64,000 nt of DNA from NCBI GenBank assembly GCA_963741205.1, contig CAVUHW010000026.1, forward strand, positions 96,001-160,000. Direction: 5' to 3'. Shown one piece after another: positions 56,736 to 64,000 of this stretch. The notes beneath the pieces were generated by a model. That model worked only from the letters and a program-made list of their open reading frames with translations. It did not search any database and was not told where the DNA came from. The stretch is from Nitrospirota bacterium (GTDB lineage Bacteria > Nitrospirota > UBA9217). The translations under genes and the position numbers were made by a program. Every line of letters starts with the position of its first letter. The first letter of the stretch is position 1.

Positions 56736-57390
56736 TCATTGGGGGAAATGAGGAAGGTGCTTGAGCCCGGCGATCTCCGCCATCCTGCGCTCGGCCTCGT
56801 GCGTCCTGCCCTGCCGCAGCAGCTCAATTGCGTCGGAATCCACGATCTCCTGAAAGATCCTTCTCCGGTCGTTTTCCTCAGGGACCTCTTCCCGTACGCG
56901 CGCGCGGATCGCGGATAATTTCTTGAGGAAGACTTCATATTCCGGACCATAGCTGCTGTTCAAGTTCGAGCCGGATCTTTTTCGAAAGAGCGGGGCTCGC
57001 GCCGCCCGTGGACACGGCGATCAGCAGTTCGCCCCGTTCCACCATGGACGGGACGATAAAGGTGCTTTCTTCCGGAGGAGCGGCCACGTTCACGAGGATA
57101 TGCATCTTTTTGCACGACCGGGCCGCGCGAGTGTTCACATCGAGTGAGTCCGTTGCCGCGATCACGAGAAACAAGCCGGAAAGGTCTTGTTCATCGAAGT
57201 TTTTTTGACGGTGGGTGATTTTCCCGGATAGGGACAGGTCCTGCAGCTTGGGAGTAAGCGCGGGGCTTACAACGGTCACGTTCGCCCCCGCTTCGAGCAG
57301 GGAGAGCGCCTTGCGCTCCGCCACGACCCCGCCGCCGATGACCAGGCAGGAGCGGTCGCGCAGATCAAGGTAGACGGGGTAGAATTTCAT
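56736..57390 (-). CDS. sirC: Precorrin-2 dehydrogenase / sirohydrochlorin ferrochelatase (SirC/Met8p, CysG N-terminal part; frameshift near 56955)
   Basis: YPVYLDL, VIGGGVVAERK, IAATD, AVSTGGASPAL, then YGPEY in a shifted frame. Confidence 0.9.
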
Positions 57391-58117
57391 GGCGACTGGC
57401 AGTTTTTGGATGTGCGCGAGCGCTGTTTTTTTCATGGCCGGATATTTCTGCGCCAGTGTCTCAAACTTGGACCGGGCATCGTCCCTCTCTCCCAGCTCCG
57501 AATACGACAGGCCTGCATAGTAAAGCGCATCTTTCTCGGCAGTGGACCCCGGGTATTCTTTGAGAAGCTTTTCACACCGGTTCGCTGCGGCTTTGTACGA
57601 GTCCTTCTTGTAATAGAAGCGCGCTACATACAGTTCATAATCGGCGAGCCAGTCCTGGCAGATGGCAATGTACTTTTTGGCCTGATCCTCATACCCGCTC
57701 TTCGGGTACTTCTCGATCAGCTTGCGCATCTCTTTCACCACGGCATGGGCCGGCGTGGGATCGCGATCCACGGTCGTGAGGTCGTTGTAGTTGCACATGG
57801 CTATCTGGTACTGGGCATAGGCTGCGTCCTTGTGCACAGGGTGGAAGTTGAGGAAAGCCTGGTACTCCACCAGTGCCTCGCTGTACTTCTCCTCGCCGTA
57901 GTAGGTATCGGCGACACGGAGCATCAGCGCCGCATCGTAACTCTTGTCCGGCGACTTTTCCTGGATTTCCTGGTAGCCTTTGCGCGCCTTCTCGAAATTC
58001 GCCTGGTGCATGTTGTCTTCGGCCGTCTCTGAACACCGCTACGGCGTCAAAGGGCGGCTCTTTCGCGGCGCACCCGGCAAGCAGGAGCAGAAACAATATG
58101 GATAAAATTTTTTTCAT
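57387..58117 (-). CDS. bamD: Outer membrane protein assembly factor BamD (frameshifts)
   Basis: Lipobox LLAGC, TPRs, HPVH...YAQY, VDRDPT, LADYELYVARFY. Confidence 0.88.
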
Positions 58118-58228
58118 GAACTGAAAAAATCCTGCGAACGAGCGCCAAGCAACGAATCCTGAACGTTCCGAAATTTTGAATTTGGATATTACGCGGGATT
58201 TGTTTTTAGGCTTTGGAATTTCAAAGTA

Positions 58229-58315
58229 TGGTGCCGGAGGGGGGACTCGAACCCCCACGGGATTGCTCCCACTGCGCCCTGAACGCAGCGCGTCTACCAG
58301 TTCCACCACTTCGGC
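58229..58315 (-). tRNA. tRNA-Leu (CAG)
   Basis: GCCGAAGTGGTGGAACTGGTAGAC..., anticodon arm CTGCG-TTCAGGG-CGCAG, long variable arm, GGTTCGAGTCC T-arm and an encoded CCA. Confidence 0.97.
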
Positions 58316-58394
58316 ACGAGTGAGTAATATAAAGAGAAAGGCCGCGATTGTCAAGGAAGTTTTTGCTGCCGGAGGATCCGCTGCACGAGAATTT

Positions 58395-58844
58395 TCACTG
58401 CACTTCCCGCGAGTCGAGAAGGATCGTTACCGGGCCGTCGTTCACAAGCGACACAGCCATTGTTGCCGCGAACACGCCGGTCTGAACGGGGATGCCGGTG
58501 TCTTTAAGACGTGAGACGAAGGATTCGTACATTGTCTTCGCCTGATCCGGCGCTTCGGCAGTGTCGAAGGAGGGGCGATTGCCTTTGCGCGTGCTGGCGG
58601 CGAGCGTGAATTGAGAAACCACAAGGACTTCCCCGCGGACATCTCGTACGGAGAGGTTCATCCTGCCCGCGTCGTCCTCGAAGATCCGGAGCATCGACAC
58701 CTTTTTTACGAGATAGTCGAGATCCTGCTCCGTATCTCCTTTCACCGCGCAGAGGAAGACGAGCAGACCCCTGCCGATACTGCCGACCACCTTGCCGTCC
58801 ACCTCGACCTGCGCGGTCGATACCCTTTGGAGCAGAGCCTTCAT
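58395..58844 (-). CDS. dtd: D-aminoacyl-tRNA deacylase
   Basis: MKALLQRV, VSQFTL, KGNRPSF, NDGPVT. Confidence 0.97.
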   Translation of the reverse strand: MKALLQRVSTAQVEVDGKVVGSIGRGLLVFLCAVKGDTEQDLDYLVKKVSMLRIFEDDAGRMNLSVRDVRGEVLVVSQFTLAASTRKGNRPSFDTAEAPDQAKTMYESFVSRLKDTGIPVQTGVFAATMAVSLVNDGPVTILLDSREVQ

Positions 58845-58943
58845 AGGCACCATTCTTATCATATTTATCGCGAAGCTGTCAATGCATGCCGCATAATCCG
58901 CTTGCAATGTCCTGCGGCAGGGATTAAAATCAAGAACTCTTTT

Positions 58944-59039
58944 TGGACGCAGATGAACGCGGAAAGGGCGGAGTCCTCCATGCTGAATTCTTATCCGCGT
59001 TCATCAACGCATCATGCTCGGACGATTGCGGGAATGACG
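58944..59039. repeat. Decamer-type inverted repeat plus partial REP end
   Basis: GATGAACGCGGA (58952) / TCCGCGTTCATC (58994), followed by GCGGGAATGACG. Confidence 0.65.
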
Positions 59040-59047
59040 TAAATGTT

Positions 59048-60100
59048 ATGCATAACGAATCATCCGATAATCTCATCGACCTCAAAGGCCTCACGCCCCG
59101 GGAGATCGACCGTTTCTGCGTCGAGCAACTGGGCCAGAAGTCCGGCCAGGGGATCCGCGTGGCCGTGTGGCTCTACCGGAAAAGAGCTGAAGATTTCGAG
59201 GCCATGCTTGATCTGAACCGGCCGTTCCGCGAGCAGTTGAAGCGGCACAGCAGGATCTCCCGGCTCGAGGTCGAGCAGCGCAGCATGTCGGAAGACGGGA
59301 CCGAAAAGGTTTTATACCGGCTCGACGACGGTAATACGGTTGAAGGGGTGATCATCCCAGGCCCGGGAGGAAGGCTTACGCTCTGCGTATCGTCGCAGGT
59401 AGGCTGCGCCTCGGGCTGCGGCTTCTGTCTTACGGGTTCTGGCGGTCTCGTGAGAAACCTGTCCGTAGCGGAAATCGTGAACCAGGTCTTCGCGGCAGGC
59501 AGGGCGGCGCGGGGGCGGATCACCAACATCGTACTCATGGGCACCGGTGAGCCGCTCGGCAATTACGGCCCGGTCAAGACCTTCGTGGAAATTGCAACGG
59601 ACAGGAACGGGATGGAATTCTCTCCGCGGAAGGTGACACTCTCGACCTGCGGACTTGCGCCGATGATCGAAAGACTTTCGGACGACGGAGTGGACGTGAG
59701 CCTCGCCGTGTCGTTGAACGCGACGACGGACGACGTGCGGGACAGGATCATGCCCGTGAACAAGGCCTATCCGATTGCCCGGCTCATGCAGGCATTGCGG
59801 TATTACTGCGGCAAAACAGGCAGGACCGTCACGATCGAATACGTGCTTTTCAGGGATGTCAATGATTCCCTCGACGATGCCCGGAGGCTGACGGAACTGC
59901 TTAAAGACCTTCCGTGCATGATCAATATCCTTCTCTTCAACCCCTTCCCCGGCTGCTCCTTCGAGCGCCCGGATGAGGATCGGGCATTCATCATACGGGA
60001 CATGCTCGTGCAGAGCGGCTACGTAACCGTGGTCCGAAACAGCCGCGGCCGCGACATCCACGCCGCCTGCGGCCAGCTAAGGGCAAGTTCAAGCGGATAA
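59048..60100 (+). CDS. rlmN: Radical SAM RNA methyltransferase RlmN family
   Basis: CVSSQVGCASGCGFC, MGTGEP, SLNA, AACGQL. Confidence 0.9.
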   Translation: MHNESSDNLIDLKGLTPREIDRFCVEQLGQKSGQGIRVAVWLYRKRAEDFEAMLDLNRPFREQLKRHSRISRLEVEQRSMSEDGTEKVLYRLDDGNTVEGVIIPGPGGRLTLCVSSQVGCASGCGFCLTGSGGLVRNLSVAEIVNQVFAAGRAARGRITNIVLMGTGEPLGNYGPVKTFVEIATDRNGMEFSPRKVTLSTCGLAPMIERLSDDGVDVSLAVSLNATTDDVRDRIMPVNKAYPIARLMQALRYYCGKTGRTVTIEYVLFRDVNDSLDDARRLTELLKDLPCMINILLFNPFPGCSFERPDEDRAFIIRDMLVQSGYVTVVRNSRGRDIHAACGQLRASSSG

Positions 60101-60112
60101 GCGACACTTTTT

Positions 60113-60196
60113 TGTCATCCCGGCGTAAAGCGGGAATCCAATATTTGAAACTCATCGCACGAAAACCAGTGGATACCTGCTTCCGCAGGTATGACA
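60113..60196. repeat. REP-like palindromic element
   Basis: TGTCATCCCGGCGTAAAGCGGGAATCCA ... TGGATACCTGCTTCCGCAGGTATGACA. Confidence 0.88.
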
Positions 60197-60203
60197 AGCA
60201 AAG

Positions 60204-61158
60204 CTATCCAACTTCTGATTTTTTCCTCGTCTTTCGCAGCATCTCGATCATCTCCGTCATGTCTTCAGGCGGCGGGGCCGTGAAGGTCATGGGGTGCCCC
60301 GTTTCAGGATGAAGCAGCGAGAGTGATTCAGCGTGCAGCATCTGGCGTTCCGCGAACTTCGCCGCTTTGCTTCCGCCGTAGACGCGGTCGCCCAATACCG
60401 GATGGCCGATGTGGGCCATGTGCACGCGTATCTGGTGCGTCCTTCCCGTCTTGATCTCCACCTCTACGAGCGTGGCGTCCTTGTACCGTTCCTTGACGAC
60501 GTACATCGTGATCGCCTCACGCGCGCTGTGCGTATGGACGCTTATCTTTTTCCGCTCCTTTACGTGCCTGCCGAGGCCGACCTCGACGCTGCCCGACCCT
60601 TTCTTGATCACGCCCGCGACGAGCGCCAGGTACCGTTTCTTGACGACGCGGTTCTTGAACTGTCCCGCCAAGGACCGGAGCGCCTCCAGGGTCCGCGCGA
60701 CCACCATTACCCCGGAGGTGTCCTTGTCGAGCCGGTGTACGATGCCCGCGCGCTCCCGCTCGCTCCCCTCCGGTCCCGCGCCCGACGACGGCAGGCTGCC
60801 GTAGTGATACAAAAGAGCGTTCACGAGGGTTCCGGTGTAGTTGCCCGGGGCAGGATGCACCACGAGGCCGGGGGGTTTGTTCAGCACGATAAAATGGGGG
60901 TCCTCATAGATGACGGAGAGCGCGATGGGCTCGGGCAGGACATCGCGAACAGGTCTTTCCGGCAGGTCCAGCGTGACGTTTTCTCCGAGCTTCACCTTGT
61001 AGCCCGGCTTCTCGGTCTTTCCGTCGACAAGGGCATGGCCGTCCCTGATCATTGTTTGGATGCGGCTGCGGGATATGTGGGGTTCGTAGTGGGCAATGAA
61101 GATATCGAGGCGCTTGCCGATATGCTTTTGGGTGACGATGTGGGTTGTGTTAGGTCAT
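60204..61158 (-). CDS. rluD: RluA/RluD pseudouridine synthase (apparent extra base after the start codon)
   Basis: S4 domain (GKRLDIF...SRSRIQ), NKPPGLVVHP, HRLDKDTSG, TGRTHQIRVH. Confidence 0.93.
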
Positions 61159-61252
61159 GAAGATATCACTCGAATCAGAGATCAAAACGAATTAGGCCCT
61201 TGACGCTGGGCACTTGGACTTGCAACGTTGCTTCAACTTCTCAATTTTCATT

Positions 61253-62044
61253 TCACTCCGTCTTCCCGAGTCTCCAGAGCATGACTCCCGACAGCCCAAA
61301 CATCCCGATCGCGATGATCTGCGAGGTCGAGATCGCTCCGCCGAAGTATAGGCCCCGGATCGCGTCGCCGCGGAAGAACTCGATGATGAACCGGAGGACG
61401 GCATAGAAGAGGATGTAGGCCCAGAAGAGCTGGCCGTTGAATTTCTTCGAGCGGCGGAGCAGAAGGAGCGTCAAGAAGATGAGAAGGTTGCCTCCCGACT
61501 CCATGAGCTGCGTGGGGAAGAGCGGCACCCCCGGGGGGGCCAGCGTATGGGGGTCGTTGAAGGTGATGCCGATGGGTAAGCTGCAGGTCGCGCCGTAACA
61601 GCACCCCGCGAAGAAACAGCCGAGCCTTCCGAAAGCCTGGCCGAGGGCTATGGACGGCGCCATGATGTCCGCCGTCTTCCAGACCGGGAGGCGGTGCCGC
61701 TTCACGTACCAGATGCCGACCGGCACGGCCGCGAGAAGACCGCCGTAGAACACGAGGCCGCCCTTCCAGAGCGCGAAGGCCTCCCAGGGCCTGTCGGCAA
61801 ATTCATGCAGATTGGTAAGCACGAAAAGGATCCGCGACCCCACGATCGCCGTGAGGAGCATGTACACGCCGAGGTCCGTGACACGCTCGGGGCTCACGCC
61901 TTCCTTTTTCGCCTGCCGGGCGGCGAGGGTGACTCCGATGATGAACCCCAGGCCGATCATCAGGCCGTAGAGCCTGATCGGGATGGGACCGATGGTCTGG
62001 CCGAATATTATGATGCGGGGGATCTCGAATAAGATAGGATGCAT
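61253..62044 (-). CDS. lgt: Prolipoprotein diacylglyceryl transferase
   Basis: MHPIL, LYG, GGLVFYGG, GQAFGRLGCF, PTQL, RFIIEFFR. Confidence 0.95.
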   Translation of the reverse strand: MHPILFEIPRIIIFGQTIGPIPIRLYGLMIGLGFIIGVTLAARQAKKEGVSPERVTDLGVYMLLTAIVGSRILFVLTNLHEFADRPWEAFALWKGGLVFYGGLLAAVPVGIWYVKRHRLPVWKTADIMAPSIALGQAFGRLGCFFAGCCYGATCSLPIGITFNDPHTLAPPGVPLFPTQLMESGGNLLIFLTLLLLRRSKKFNGQLFWAYILFYAVLRFIIEFFRGDAIRGLYFGGAISTSQIIAIGMFGLSGVMLWRLGKTE

Positions 62045-62080
62045 ACGAATAAATTCCAAAGACCACAGCGGCCCTTTTTT

Positions 62081-62196
62081 TGTCATTCCCGCCCCTGCTC
62101 ACGTCATGCTGGGGCAGGCTCCAGCGGGAATCCATTTCAGAGATTCTGGGATTAGCTGAAAAAAGCCGATGGATACCCGCTTTCGCGGGTATGACG
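62081..62196. repeat. REP-like palindromic element with an expanded first loop
   Basis: TGTCATTCCCGC...GCGGGAATCCA ... TGGATACCCGCTTTCGCGGGTATGACG. Confidence 0.88.
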
Positions 62197-62242
62197 GCTA
62201 AGGGCGAAAGTGCTTTCAGTTTGCTAGTTTGGGATTTGGTGC

Positions 62243-62711
62243 TTATTCCAAAAAGCATATCTATCACCAGCAGCACAACACCGGCCGTGATCGCCGAATC
62301 GGCCACGTTGAAGGACGGCCAGTACCAGGACTTCACATACCACTGGATAAAATCCACGACCTCGCCGTAACGCACACGGTCCAAGAGATTTCCGACAGCG
62401 CCCCCCGCGATGAGCGAGAACGATACGACGAGCAGTCGGTCACTGGCCTTTCTGATCAGCATCGCGAGGACGGCCACGGCCGCGACCGACACGGAGATGA
62501 AGAACAGGCTGCGAAACCCGTCCGGCGCGGTGGACAGCAGACTGAACGCCGCCCCCTTGTTCCTCACGCGGGTCAAGTTAAAGAAACCATGAATGACGGG
62601 GACGACCTCGTACATGCGCAGATGTTTTTCAACGAGGTGTTTCGTGAACTGGTCGAGGGCCAAAATTGTTCCGATGATCGAGCCGACCCAGAGGTATTTA
62701 TGTTTCAACAA
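62243..62711 (-). CDS. lspA: Lipoprotein signal peptidase II (stop probably lost through an indel)
   Basis: LDQFTK, NKGAAFS, GGAVGNLLDR, VVDF, FNVADSAI; a 1-nt correction gives a stop at 62243 or 62224. Confidence 0.93.
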
Positions 62712-62863
62712 TGACTCCTTTGTTTCAGAATGAAGCTAATCGATACCGAGCTCGATCGTCCCGGAGAGCTGATATCGGGACTCATCGCAACGTTGTAAAC
62801 ATGCCGATTCTCTCGAGCGTTGCCGGAATGACGCGAGTTCTTATTCCGCATTCCGCACTTCGC

Positions 62864-64000
62864 TCACAGGTTCCCCGCGCACCTGTCGCAGATCTCCGGG
62901 TGGTCCGGCACCTTCCCCACGGTCTCGCTGTACATCCAGCAGCGTCCGCATTTGACGCCTTTAGCCGGTCCGGCAGCGATCCTGAGTCCCTTGACCGTGT
63001 CGCTCACGAAGGCATCAGCCGCAGCCTGGGACTCCGCCGCGATCTCAACCGCGGACACGATGAAGATGAAGGCCAGTTCGTTCCGGTACCGCTCCAGGAA
63101 AAGAGCGAGTTCGGGATCGGCATAGAGCGTAACAGCGGCATCGAGCGAATGGCCGATCTTCTTGTCCCTCCGGAGCGCTTCGAGCACCTTCGCCGTTTCA
63201 CCTCGGACGGCGATGATCCTGTCCCACCGCTCTTCAAGGCCTTCGTCGATGTACCGCTCTTCAGCCTGCGGGAAAGAGGCAAGAAAGACGCTCGCAGTCT
63301 TCGTCCCGTCTTTCATGTAGCCCCAGACCTCGTCGGCGGTGAACGATAGCACCGGCGCCATGAGGCGGACCATGGCCGAGAGGATTGTGTACATGGCAGT
63401 CTGGCCCGAGCGGCGTTCAACAGAGGAAGCCTTCGCCGTATACAGCCGGTCCTTCAGGATATCCAGGTAGAAGGCGCTCATGTCCACGGCGCAGAAATTG
63501 TGCAGGGAGTGGAACACGATGTGGAACTCGAAATCGTCGTAGCCGGTGCGGACGCGCTGAATCAGCTTCTGCAGCCGGTGCAGGGCCCAGCGGTCGATCT
63601 CAAGCAGGTCCTTGTCCGCGACGCGGTCCCTTCCGGGGTCGAAGTCCGAGAGGTTGCCGAGCAGATACCTGCCCGTGTTCCTGATCCTGCGGTACGCCTC
63701 GGCCAGGTGGGTCAGGATCTCCTGGGAGATCCTGATGTCGTCCCGGTAGTCGGCCGCTGATACCCAGAGCCGAAGGACCTCGGCGCCGTACTTGTCGATC
63801 ACTTCCTGCGGCGCCACGACGTTGCCCGCGGACTTGCTCATCTTCTTGCCCGAACCGTCGACGGTAAATCCGTGCGTCAACACGGTCCGGTACGGCGCCT
63901 GGCCCGTGGTGGCCACCGAGGTGAGGAGCGAAGACTGGAACCACCCGCGGTGCTGGTCGCTGCCTTCGAGGTACATGTCCGCGGGCCACGAAAGCTCCTT
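62864..64000 (-). CDS. ileS: Isoleucyl-tRNA synthetase (3' part; runs off the window)
   Basis: YLEGSDQHRGWF, KMSKS, LDILKDRLY, C-terminal zinc finger KCGRCW...CDRC. Confidence 0.98.
   Translation of the reverse strand, partial: KELSWPADMYLEGSDQHRGWFQSSLLTSVATTGQAPYRTVLTHGFTVDGSGKKMSKSAGNVVAPQEVIDKYGAEVLRLWVSAADYRDDIRISQEILTHLAEAYRRIRNTGRYLLGNLSDFDPGRDRVADKDLLEIDRWALHRLQKLIQRVRTGYDDFEFHIVFHSLHNFCAVDMSAFYLDILKDRLYTAKASSVERRSGQTAMYTILSAMVRLMAPVLSFTADEVWGYMKDGTKTASVFLASFPQAEERYIDEGLEERWDRIIAVRGETAKVLEALRRDKKIGHSLDAAVTLYADPELALFLERYRNELAFIFIVSAVEIAAESQAAADAFVSDTVKGLRIAAGPAKGVKCGRCWMYSETVGKVPDHPEICDRCAGNL

Noticed and set aside
56935-58011. Apparent BamD-SirC fusion ORF (358 aa)
   Set aside because: Removing one C near 57396 gives KLQSP-TGA overlapping the sirC ATG (ATGA). 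A periplasmic lipoprotein fused to a cytoplasmic enzyme is implausible, and insertions are common in this window.
57689-58354. 221-aa ORF spanning the tRNA
   Set aside because: It combines translated tRNA sequence with the frameshifted bamD start.
61803-62242. LspA C-terminal extension reading through a REP into lgt
   Set aside because: A 1-nt correction restores a normal stop at 62243 or 62224; the extension is translated repeat plus off-frame lgt.

Overview
A GC-rich (roughly 55-60% by eye) bacterial chromosome segment. Gene content and order suggest an anaerobic or facultative Nitrospirota/Desulfobacterota-like organism; this is inference and was not tested. Most of the window is core housekeeping: guaB, murJ, rpsT, holA-lptE-leuS, der, rpsU, pilMNOPQ, glgC, DAHP synthase, tsaD, bamD, tRNA-Leu(CAG), dtd, rlmN and ileS-lspA-lgt-rluD. 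Many genes, including essential ones, carry single-base frameshifts (mostly one extra base), which points to uncorrected long-read errors rather than pseudogenes. Five things stand out. (1) A compact two-gene cellulose-type secretion locus: a GH8 endoglucanase domain fused to a BcsA-type synthase with apparently two PilZ domains, followed by a half-size BcsC, with no bcsB adjacent. (2) A Ni-CO dehydrogenase encoded with a HydABC/Bfu-type electron-bifurcating module that has an extra stand-alone copy of the BfuB C-terminal Fe-S arm and a possible NADP signature, next to nfnAB. (3) An O6-methylguanine methyltransferase whose catalytic Cys codon is an in-frame TGA followed by a SECIS-like hairpin, a probable selenoprotein. 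(4) A B12 acyl-CoA mutase with isobutyryl-CoA mutase (Phe/Gln) residues. (5) Several families of intergenic palindromic and short-period repeats, one of them apparently absorbed in frame into a protein. No CRISPR array, rRNA, transposase or prophage gene was seen.
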